This document shows, one piece after another, positions 1-5,984 of a DNA stretch of 6,912 nucleotides. The stretch lies in assembly GCA_023480925.1 (NCBI GenBank), contig JAMCWY010000014.1, positions 1-6,912 of the forward strand, given 5' to 3'. Numbering within the stretch: the first letter of the stretch is position 1; each line of letters opens with the position of its first letter. The notes beneath the pieces were generated by a model that ran no database searches, had not been told where the DNA came from, and was given only the letters and a program-made list of their open reading frames with translations. The stretch comes from Patescibacteria group bacterium. GTDB lineage: Bacteria > Patescibacteriota > Minisyncoccia > UBA6257 > HR35. Made by a program: the position numbers and the translations under genes.

Positions 1-874
1 TTTTCTCGATTTTAGAGCGGTTGTTTAAAAGGGCGGGAATTAAGTCCGGTGGGACGCCGGCCAAAGCCTTAATCTCGCGAATTTTCAGAGCGTCGAAGGC
101 TTGTTGAATGTCGGGGTAAGAATAAAATTCCAACCGAGGAATCATTGGTTGGTTAAAATAATTTTCATTAGTTTCAAAAGTTAACTTTTCGACATTAGCT
201 CTAATTTTTGTCCGATTAGTAAGAACATAAGGACCACTGCTGACGCGGGTAAGATTTTTTTCGTCTTGAAGCCAATTAGTAACAGCCACGCCCGACCAAA
301 TTTTCATCGGTACGATCTTGAGAAAGCTTAGGTTCTGGATAAAGTAATTATTTTTGACCGGCAGGGTAATGATGAGGGTTGAGCGGTCGAGCGGTTTGAT
401 CGTCGCGCCCTTAAGAATATTTTTTAGTTCAGCCGAACCGTAATTTTGGTCGAGATTAAAACTATAAACGACATCGGCGCTGGTGATTTCTTCACCATTG
501 CTCCATTTTAAATCGTGGTGAAGTTCGATTTGATAGGTAAGGCCGTTGTCTAAGATTAAAATTTTTTTTGCCAGTTCAAGTTCGTAACCGCCTTGACCGT
601 TCGGTCTGACCAAACTGCCGAAGATGAGATTGATCAGAGATTTTTCGGTCGAGTTGTTGGCTAAAAACGGATTAAGAGTGTCAACCGGTTCATAGAGACC
701 TTCGGTCCAAACGCCGCCGACCGCCGGTTCGGTTTTTAAAAGTTTTTGGACAATTATCTGAATTGAAAGAATAAGCAAAAAAACAGCCAGGATTGTTCCG
801 CCAATTAAAAAAAATCTTTCGCGTTTGGTCAAGATTTTAAAAAATTTAAAGATAAAAACCAATTTTTTCTTCAT
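1..874 (-). CDS. ABC transporter substrate-binding protein, family 5 (peptide/nickel, OppA/DppA-like); N-terminal about 291 codons, with the 3' end beyond the left window edge
   Basis: Absent from the ORF track because it runs off the edge. Plus-strand triplets at 2,5,8... up to 872-874 contain no tta/cta/tca, so the minus-strand frame is open throughout. The ATG is the complement of 872-874. Hand translation: MKKKLVFIFKFFKILTKRERFFLIGGTILAVFLLILSIQIIVQKLLKTEPAVGGVWTEGLYEPVDTLNPFLANNSTEKSLINLIFGSLVRPNGQGGYELELAKKILILDNGLTYQIELHHDLKWSNGEEITSADVVYSFNLDQ... An N-terminal hydrophobic anchor is followed by the pattern typical of SBP_bac_5 proteins (..LNP.., LF.GLV, L...KW.DG..iTa.DV.fS). Confidence 0.8.
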   Translation of the reverse strand, partial: MKKKLVFIFKFFKILTKRERFFLIGGTILAVFLLILSIQIIVQKLLKTEPAVGGVWTEGLYEPVDTLNPFLANNSTEKSLINLIFGSLVRPNGQGGYELELAKKILILDNGLTYQIELHHDLKWSNGEEITSADVVYSFNLDQNYGSAELKNILKGATIKPLDRSTLIITLPVKNNYFIQNLSFLKIVPMKIWSGVAVTNWLQDEKNLTRVSSGPYVLTNRTKIRANVEKLTFETNENYFNQPMIPRLEFYSYPDIQQAFDALKIREIKALAGVPPDLIPALLNNRSKIEK

Positions 875-875
875 T

Positions 876-896
876 AGTATAATATAATATTATAAT
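876..896. promoter_or_regulatory. AT-rich quasi-palindromic divergent promoter region with overlapping -10-like hexamers on both strands
   Basis: Plus-strand TATAAT at 878-883, 883-888 and 891-896. Minus-strand TATAAT at 894-889 and TATATT at 886-881. It sits between the divergent SBP gene start (874) and the GGAG at 905-908. I found no clear -35 hexamers. Confidence 0.3.
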
Positions 897-954
897 ACAG
901 GATTGGAGAAAGAGTAAATTTTGTTTTGCTTTTTAAAAAAATCGATCGCTAATT

Positions 955-1182
955 TTGTTTGAAATTTTAACCGCCGTCAGTATTATTGCGATCGTAGCTG
1001 CGACGGTCTTTTTAGTTTTAAAACCGAACTTGATTATTGTCAAAGTCAAGGATACAAGTCGAAGCGCGAATTTAAATCAGATTGAATCGGTCTTCAAAAC
1101 TTTTAAGTTCAAAATCCAGGCGTTTTTATCAACGTCTCTTCGATTGTTTTTAGCCGATACGTCTGCGGTCTGCTCAACTTAA
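955..1182 (+). CDS. Hypothetical small membrane protein with a type IV pilin-like (prepilin-type) N-terminal helix; possibly only a fragment of a frameshifted pilin-like gene
   Basis: 75-codon ORF with a TTG start and no Shine-Dalgarno sequence. (L)FEILTAVSIIAIVAATVFLVLKPNLIIVKVKDTSRSANLNQIESVF resembles the pilin consensus FTLIELLVVIAIIGIL....L....KARD..R..D..QI..AL: a Glu early in the hydrophobic helix, then a K.KD..R.AN..QI segment. There is no leader peptide or Gly at -1 in this frame, because an in-frame stop lies at 934-936. The C-terminal third has no recognisable similarity. Confidence 0.4.
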   Translation: MFEILTAVSIIAIVAATVFLVLKPNLIIVKVKDTSRSANLNQIESVFKTFKFKIQAFLSTSLRLFLADTSAVCST

Positions 1183-1324
1183 ATTTCAAAAAACCAACTG
1201 TCGGTTTCATCTTCGGGCTAGTAGTTCGTTTGACCGGCTGCACCAACCTCAATCTCAACTTGGTCGTTGGTCCCTATTTGGATTGATCCTGATAAAAAAT
1301 TCAAACTGATAATAAATTTTTTGG

Positions 1325-1351
1325 TTGTTGGATTTTGTTTGGCGGTATAAT
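1325..1351 (+). promoter_or_regulatory. Candidate sigma70-type promoter for cysS
   Basis: Perfect TATAAT at 1346-1351, 29 nt upstream of the cysS ATG. The best -35-like hexamer is TTGTTG at 1325-1330, with a short 15-nt spacer (TTGGTT at 1321-1326 gives 19 nt). The -35 assignment is weak. Confidence 0.3.
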
Positions 1352-1379
1352 ATTTATATATAAATTTTCGAGGCTGAAA

Positions 1380-2765
1380 ATGATAAAAGTTTTTAATTCT
1401 TTGACGCGGCAAAAAGAAGAGATAGCTGAACCGAAGGCAGGGCGGTTTGGTTTTTACGTCTGTGGACCAACCGTTTACGGTCCGAGTCATCTTGGCCACG
1501 CCTTCACCTATATAAATTTTGATTTTATCCGGCGATTTTTGGAACAAAACGGTTTCAAAATTAGATACGTGATGAATATCACCGATATCCATGATGATAT
1601 TATTAAAACGGCGATGAATGAAAAGATCGAACCGAGGTTGTTGGCGAAAAAATACACGGATGAATTAATGACCGATTTTAAAACTTTAAAGATTAAGCCG
1701 GCTGATTTCTATCCTCGCGTCAGCCGGCATATCCCGGAGATTATCAAGCTGATAAAAATTTTGATTGAAAAAGGTTACGCTTATGAAACAGACGACGGCG
1801 TTTACTTTCGAGTCGAGCGGTTTAAAGATTACGGCAAACTTTCTCATCGTCAGCTTGATCAAGCTCAGACCGGCACCCGGGTTAGGACGGATAAGTACGA
1901 CAAGGAAGAAGCTTATGATTTTGCTTTGTGGAAAAAAGAGCCGAATAAAAAAAATAGTTTTGTTTTTAAAAGCCCTTGGGGTTGGGGTCGGCCCGGCTGG
2001 CACATCGAGTGTTCGGCTATGTCGGCGAAGTATTTAAAATTGCCGATTGACATTCATGCTGGCGGTCAGGATTTGATTTTTCCGCACCATGAAAATGAAT
2101 TGGCTCAATCCGAAGCCGGCTTTGGCCGGAAATTCGTCAGTGTTTATCTCCACGCCGGTCTTCTTGAAATTAGCAGTCAGAAGATGTCTAAATCGCTTGG
2201 GAACTTTGTCAATATTAGGGACTTTTTAAAAAAGTATCCAGCTCGATTTTTGCGATTTTTCGTTTTGAGCCATCACTATCAAGGCGTGGTTGATTTTAGT
2301 GAAAAAAATTTGGCCGAAGCCTGGCAAAATTATCTAAAAATTAACGAAATCGCGGCTAAACTTAATCTTTTGAAAAATAACGACTTGGCCGCGGCCGGAT
2401 TTAATTTGAAGCCGATCGAAAAAAGAATCAAACAGGCTCTGAACGATAACTTCAACACACCTTTGGCTTTAGCTGAAATTTACGAAGTTTTTAACTGGAT
2501 TGATCAAGGTTTTAAGCTTAAAAAAATCAGTCGGATTGAAGCGAATAAATTAATCGCGTTTTTTAAAAAGCTTGATCGGTACTGGCTTATTTTCCAACCT
2601 TGGCGAAAACCGTCGTTGGCAGCAAAAAGAATGATGAAAGAACGCGAAAAACTTCGAGTGCGGAAAAAGTACGAGGAAGCGGACGCGATCAGACAAAGGT
2701 TATCCGATTTTAATTTGGTTTTAAGCGATAGCGAGATTGGTTCGGTCGTGAGCAACTTGAATTAA
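1380..2765 (+). CDS. cysS: Cysteine--tRNA ligase (class I aminoacyl-tRNA synthetase), 461 aa
   Basis: ATG at 1380 is preceded by GAGG (1370-1373) with a 6-nt spacer. MIKVFNSLTRQKEE...FYVCGPTVYGPSHLGHAF carries the HIGH-type motif as HLGH. Also present: SPWGWGRPGWHIECS, HAGGQDLIFPHHENE and KMSKS (QKMSKSLGN). The C-terminal basic helical tail reads KEREKLRVRKKYEEADAIRQRL. Stop TAA at 2763-2765. Confidence 0.93.
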   Translation: MIKVFNSLTRQKEEIAEPKAGRFGFYVCGPTVYGPSHLGHAFTYINFDFIRRFLEQNGFKIRYVMNITDIHDDIIKTAMNEKIEPRLLAKKYTDELMTDFKTLKIKPADFYPRVSRHIPEIIKLIKILIEKGYAYETDDGVYFRVERFKDYGKLSHRQLDQAQTGTRVRTDKYDKEEAYDFALWKKEPNKKNSFVFKSPWGWGRPGWHIECSAMSAKYLKLPIDIHAGGQDLIFPHHENELAQSEAGFGRKFVSVYLHAGLLEISSQKMSKSLGNFVNIRDFLKKYPARFLRFFVLSHHYQGVVDFSEKNLAEAWQNYLKINEIAAKLNLLKNNDLAAAGFNLKPIEKRIKQALNDNFNTPLALAEIYEVFNWIDQGFKLKKISRIEANKLIAFFKKLDRYWLIFQPWRKPSLAAKRMMKEREKLRVRKKYEEADAIRQRLSDFNLVLSDSEIGSVVSNLN

Positions 2766-2787
2766 CTTATTAACAACTTGTTCAGGT

Positions 2788-2815
2788 TTGACAAATTTCC
2801 GCTTGGGTTTATGAT
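2788..2815 (+). promoter_or_regulatory. Candidate sigma70-type promoter for dnaB (and possibly the downstream genes)
   Basis: Consensus -35 TTGACA at 2788-2793, a 16-nt spacer, then TATGAT (5/6 match to TATAAT) at 2810-2815. It lies in the 120-nt cysS-dnaB spacer, about 70 nt upstream of the dnaB ATG. Confidence 0.4.
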
Positions 2816-2885
2816 TATGTATTTGCTTGGTCATAAAAAATTTCAACCACCGTCAATTTTTATTAATTAAACTTTTAAGTTTAAG

Positions 2886-4235
2886 ATGGATTATCTTTTG
2901 CCCCAAAACACTGAAGCGGAAGAAAGTTTGCTCGGCGCTCTTCTGATTGATCCCGAGGCGATTTATCGAGTCGTTGAATTAATCAAGGCGGACGATTTTT
3001 ATAAACCAAGTCATCAGATTATTTTTCAAGCGGTCATGGATCTTTTTGATAAAAAAGAAGGCATTGATCTCATCACTTTAACCAATAATCTTCGGGCGAA
3101 AGATCAACTTGAAACGGTTGGCGGCGCACCCTATCTTTTAAACTTAATCAACCAGACGCCATCGGTTGCCAATATTGTCGGTTACGCTAAAATCATTCGC
3201 GAAAAAAAAGCCCGGCGCGATTTAATTAGTTTGTCGCAAGAAATTAACAAGATCGCGGTCGAAGAGGAGCGACCGGCGGAAGAACTGATCGACGATGTCG
3301 AGTCGAGGGTTTTTAGAATTGCCGAGCGAGTTTATCCGTACGAATTTCAACACATCGCCGGCTTACTTGAAGAGGCCTATATGCGGATTGAGAAACTTCA
3401 CAAGGAAGAAAAAAAATTGCGCGGCGTTCCCACCGGCTATCCTTTGCTCGATGAATATCTTGGCGGTCTTCAGGCTTCTGATTTAATTTTACTCGCGGCT
3501 CGACCATCGTTGGGCAAAACCGCTTTAGCTCTGAACATCGCGCGCCATCTTGCCATCAGTGAAAATATCCCGATCGCTTTTTTTAGTTTAGAAATGTCAA
3601 AGGATCAAGTTATTGATCGTCTGATCGCGGCCGAGGCCGGCGTTAGTCTCTGGCGTTTGCGGACGGGTAAACTTTATTTTGAGGGCGAGATTAACGAATT
3701 GGCAATGGTTTCTGAATCAATGGATAAGCTTTCGGCCGCGCCAATTTATATTGACGATACCCCGACTTTAAACACAATGCATGTTCGATCAATGGCGCGA
3801 AAACTTAAACACCAAATTGGTTCTCTCGGCGCGATTATCATTGATTATCTTCAACTTTTGCGCAGTCATAAAACTTACGACAATCGAGTTCAAGAAATCA
3901 CTGAAATTTCAAGGAATTTGAAAGGATTGGCAAAAGAGCTGAATGTCCCGGTTATCGCTTTGTCTCAGCTTTCCCGGGCGCCCGAGCAACGTTATTCTCA
4001 GGTACCAAAGTTGTCTGATTTGCGCGAATCAGGCTCTTTGGAACAGGATGCCGACATTGTTTTGTTTATTCATCGGCCCAAAGAATCAGGCCAGGTCGTG
4101 CCGACAAACCAATCTGATATTATCATCGCCAAGCATCGTCACGGACCTTTGGGCGTGGTCAGTCTTTATTTTGAACCGGAAACAGCCTCATTCTATTCAG
4201 TTGAAACCAGCGCTCAAGAAATCGAGCTTCATTAG
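2886..4235 (+). CDS. dnaB: Replicative DNA helicase DnaB, 449 aa
   Basis: N-terminal signature LPQNTEAEESLLGALLIDPEAI. Walker A LLAARPSLGKTALALN, Walker B-type IIIDYLQLL, then ALSQLSR and LRESGSLEQDADIVLFIHR. The length is normal, so there is no intein. Stop TAG at 4233-4235. Confidence 0.95.
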   Translation: MDYLLPQNTEAEESLLGALLIDPEAIYRVVELIKADDFYKPSHQIIFQAVMDLFDKKEGIDLITLTNNLRAKDQLETVGGAPYLLNLINQTPSVANIVGYAKIIREKKARRDLISLSQEINKIAVEEERPAEELIDDVESRVFRIAERVYPYEFQHIAGLLEEAYMRIEKLHKEEKKLRGVPTGYPLLDEYLGGLQASDLILLAARPSLGKTALALNIARHLAISENIPIAFFSLEMSKDQVIDRLIAAEAGVSLWRLRTGKLYFEGEINELAMVSESMDKLSAAPIYIDDTPTLNTMHVRSMARKLKHQIGSLGAIIIDYLQLLRSHKTYDNRVQEITEISRNLKGLAKELNVPVIALSQLSRAPEQRYSQVPKLSDLRESGSLEQDADIVLFIHRPKESGQVVPTNQSDIIIAKHRHGPLGVVSLYFEPETASFYSVETSAQEIELH

Positions 4236-4240
4236 ATTAA

Positions 4241-4840
4241 ATGACGCCAGCGGAATTCAAAAAGTTCGTTCAACTTCTTGACGCCTTTCCGGAAGTTGGC
4301 CCGCGTCAATCTTGGCGTTTGTTTTTTTGGTTGATTAAACAAGACGAAAAATTCAAGAGCGAGTTGATCGAACTGATGACAACGCTTAAGACCAAAGTTA
4401 AATTTTGTTCCGATTGTTTTTTCCCGACTTTAAATCAAGATCGCTGCGATATTTGTAATGATCAGAAAAGAGATCATGCCCTTATTTGTTTGGTTGAACG
4501 CGAGACCGATATTATTACCTTTGAGTCGATCAAAAAATTTAATGGCGTTTATTTTATTTTGGGCGGCTTAATTTTACCATTTGAAGAAAAAGGAATTGTT
4601 CGAAGCCGGTTAAAAAAAATAAAAGAGCGGTTGGAAAAAAGTTTGGACGTCAAAGAAGTTTTAATCGCTTTGCCTTTAACTAAAGAAGCTGAGCCGACCT
4701 TTGTCGAAGTTATCAGAGTTTTAAATCAGTTCAAGAATCGAATTAAAATAACAAAACTAAGACGAGGATTGCCGGCCGGGGCCGAAGTCGAATTCCTCGA
4801 TCCCGAAACATTAACCGAAGCCTTTCTTGACCGGCGTTAA
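4241..4840 (+). CDS. recR: Recombination protein RecR, 199 aa
   Basis: The ATG is 5 nt after the dnaB stop. C4 zinc finger (CSDC...CDIC). Toprim segment LICLVERETDIITFE, then GVYFILGG. The C-terminal KITKLRRGLPAGAEVEFLDPETLTEAF aligns with E. coli RecR ([24 protein letters not shown]). The N-terminal HhH is present but divergent: FPEVGPRQSWRL versus LPGVGPKSAQRM. Confidence 0.88.
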   Translation: MTPAEFKKFVQLLDAFPEVGPRQSWRLFFWLIKQDEKFKSELIELMTTLKTKVKFCSDCFFPTLNQDRCDICNDQKRDHALICLVERETDIITFESIKKFNGVYFILGGLILPFEEKGIVRSRLKKIKERLEKSLDVKEVLIALPLTKEAEPTFVEVIRVLNQFKNRIKITKLRRGLPAGAEVEFLDPETLTEAFLDRR

Positions 4841-4896
4841 AAGCCAATTTGATCGAAATGTCTGCCGGGCGCGTTCGTGTGCTAAAATAAATTGAG

Positions 4897-5973
4897 ATGA
4901 ATGAGACTTTGGAAGGAATTTTAAAAGAAGTTCATCAGATTAGAGATCAGATTAAAGATGTTGAAACGTTGGAAAATTTTCGCGTTAAATTTTTGGGCCG
5001 GAAAGGGCTATTGGCGAACTTGGCCGATGAATTAAAAAGTTTGGACGATGAAAAAAAGAAAAAATTCGGTTATCAGTTTAATTTGGCCAAAAAAGAAATT
5101 GAGTCCGTCTACGAAGAACTGAAACAAAACTTGGTCCAAGAGCCAAAAGTCAGATTTAGTTTTCGCCATCCCGGTCAAAAGCCGTTGGTTGGTCATCTTA
5201 GTCCGATTTCGTTGGCTTTAAATCAAGCGATTAAAATTTTCACCAATTTGGGCTTTAAAACAATTCTTGGCTCCGAGATTGAGAACGAGTATTATAATTT
5301 TGACGCTCTGAATATTCCGGCCGATCATCCCGCTCGCGATCTCTGGGATACTTTTTGGCTTGATCAAAAAAAAGAGGAAGAGGTTGACAAAAAAAATCAA
5401 CGTTCGAAAAAAAATAAAAATAAAAATACCGATCGTTATCTTTTGCGAACTCATACCAGCCCATCTCAGGTTCATTATTTGGAAAAAAATTTTCCGCCCT
5501 TTCGAATTATTATTCCAGGCAAAGTTTTTCGTTACGAGGCGACGGATAAGACGCACGAGTTTGAATTTCATCAGCTTGAAGGTTTGGCGATTGGCGCCGG
5601 CGCGAACCTGGCCGAACTTAAAGGCGTTTTGGAAAAATTTTTCAGCGAGTTTTACAAAAAAAATTTAAAAATCAGGCTTCGACCGGCCTATTTTCCTTTT
5701 GTTGAGCCCGGACTTGAATTTGATGTCGAATGTATTTTTTGTCTTAATCAGAAAAAGAAAGGTTGCGCCATTTGCAAACAGTCCGGGTTTATTGAAATTG
5801 GCGGCGCCGGCATGGTTCATCCGTTTGTTTTCAAAAGCGTTGGTTTGGACTCAAGCAAAAATTACGGTTACGCTTTCGGCTTGGGCTTGGAACGAATTAT
5901 TATGATTCGATACAAAATTAACGATATTCGATTATTTCACTCGAATGACAAAAGATTCATCGAGCAGTTTTAA
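4897..5973 (+). CDS. pheS: Phenylalanine--tRNA ligase alpha subunit, 358 aa
   Basis: N-terminal coiled-coil region (FRVKFLGRKGLL). HPARDLWDTFW, LLRTHTSPSQV, motif 2 region FRYEATDKTHEFEFHQLEGL, RPAYFPFVEPGLEFDV, a CxxC...CxxC knuckle, motif 3 GYAFGLGLERIIM, and a C-terminal NDKRFIEQF. Stop TAA at 5971-5973. Confidence 0.95.
   Translation: MNETLEGILKEVHQIRDQIKDVETLENFRVKFLGRKGLLANLADELKSLDDEKKKKFGYQFNLAKKEIESVYEELKQNLVQEPKVRFSFRHPGQKPLVGHLSPISLALNQAIKIFTNLGFKTILGSEIENEYYNFDALNIPADHPARDLWDTFWLDQKKEEEVDKKNQRSKKNKNKNTDRYLLRTHTSPSQVHYLEKNFPPFRIIIPGKVFRYEATDKTHEFEFHQLEGLAIGAGANLAELKGVLEKFFSEFYKKNLKIRLRPAYFPFVEPGLEFDVECIFCLNQKKKGCAICKQSGFIEIGGAGMVHPFVFKSVGLDSSKNYGYAFGLGLERIIMIRYKINDIRLFHSNDKRFIEQF
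5362..5439 (+). repeat. A-rich low-complexity tract inside pheS, encoding DQKKEEEVDKKNQRSKKNKNKNTDRY
   Basis: Three A8 homopolymers (5366-5373, 5389-5396, 5407-5414) plus AAAAT/AAAAATA iterations, all in frame within pheS. This composition also generates the spurious sense and antisense ORFs listed in the track here. Confidence 0.6.
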
Positions 5974-5984
5974 ATTTTTCAAAA

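Noticed and set aside
1249-1260. Tandem hexamer ctcaat/ctcaac, which encodes NLNLNL in frame 3.
   Set aside because: There are only two copies. It is too short to be a meaningful repeat or CRISPR-like element, and it is noted only as part of the pilin-like remnant.
1278-1292. TGA recoding (genetic code 25/4), prompted by GAT TGA TCC TGA TAA at the end of the frame-3 pilin-like segment.
   Set aside because: The five housekeeping genes and the SBP gene are long ORFs with no in-frame TGA at all, which would be unexpected if TGA were a sense codon. The standard bacterial code fits.
1335-1379. The ORF-track start of the 476-aa ORF: a TTG at 1335 that adds MFGGIIFIYKFSRLK to CysS.
   Set aside because: The extension covers the TATAAT box (1346-1351) and the GAGG RBS (1370-1373), and it has no counterpart in CysS proteins. 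The ATG at 1380 gives the canonical MIKVFNSLTRQKE N-terminus.
1183-1379. Possible T-box, riboswitch or attenuator leader upstream of cysS, and likewise upstream of pheS at 4841-4896.
   Set aside because: With the TATAAT at 1346, the cysS leader would be only about 20-30 nt. The pheS spacer is 56 nt. Neither contains a specifier-loop/T-box-like sequence or a terminator/antiterminator hairpin with a U-tract that I could find.
1218-1592. 124-aa minus-strand ORF spanning the cysS start and its upstream spacer.
   Set aside because: Most of it is antisense to the well-supported cysS 5' end. The non-overlapping tail (1218-1334) has no internal ATG or RBS and is the codon-aligned antisense of the pilin-like frame-3 segment. 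It is treated as a shadow ORF.
1686-2755. ORFs at 1686-2003 (-), 1765-2037 (+, off-frame) and 2504-2755 (-), all inside cysS.
   Set aside because: They are entirely nested in a strongly supported CDS, have low-complexity or unrecognisable translations and no RBS. These are typical shadow ORFs.
2721-2834. 37-codon minus-strand ORF (MTKQIHNHKPKRKFVKPEQVVNKLIQVAHDRTNLAIA) in the cysS-dnaB spacer, overlapping the cysS 3' end.
   Set aside because: It is short, has no well-spaced SD (GGTGG lies about 15 nt upstream), shows no recognisable family, overlaps the cysS stop region and would run through the candidate dnaB promoter. The evidence is insufficient.
2811-2870. 19-codon plus-strand uORF (MIMYLLGHKKFQPPSIFIN) upstream of dnaB.
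   Set aside because: Its ATG overlaps the candidate -10 box, so it would probably not be transcribed intact. It has no RBS and no attenuator-like structure.
2886-4235. Checked dnaB for an intein or other insertion, which is common in some lineages.
   Set aside because: The length (449 aa) and the uninterrupted Walker A to Walker B to arginine-finger spacing are canonical, so there is no insertion.
3295-4281. ORFs at 3295-3486 (+), 3313-3507 (-) and 3943-4281 (+), inside dnaB or spanning the dnaB-recR junction.
   Set aside because: They are off-frame or antisense to dnaB, with Arg/Ser/Cys-rich translations typical of wrong-frame reading. No independent support.
4880-4888. Extended -10-like TGCTAAAAT just upstream of pheS.
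   Set aside because: There is no -35 at a sensible spacing, and the element ends only 8 nt before the ATG. It could at best give a leaderless transcript. Read-through from recR is simpler, so this is not reported as a feature.
5218-5905. ORFs at 5218-5571 (-), 5255-5464 (-), 5360-5668 (+) and 5699-5905 (+), inside pheS.
   Set aside because: They arise from the A/T-rich low-complexity tract and off-frame reading of pheS. The translations are Lys/Phe/Ile homopolymer-like. No independent support.
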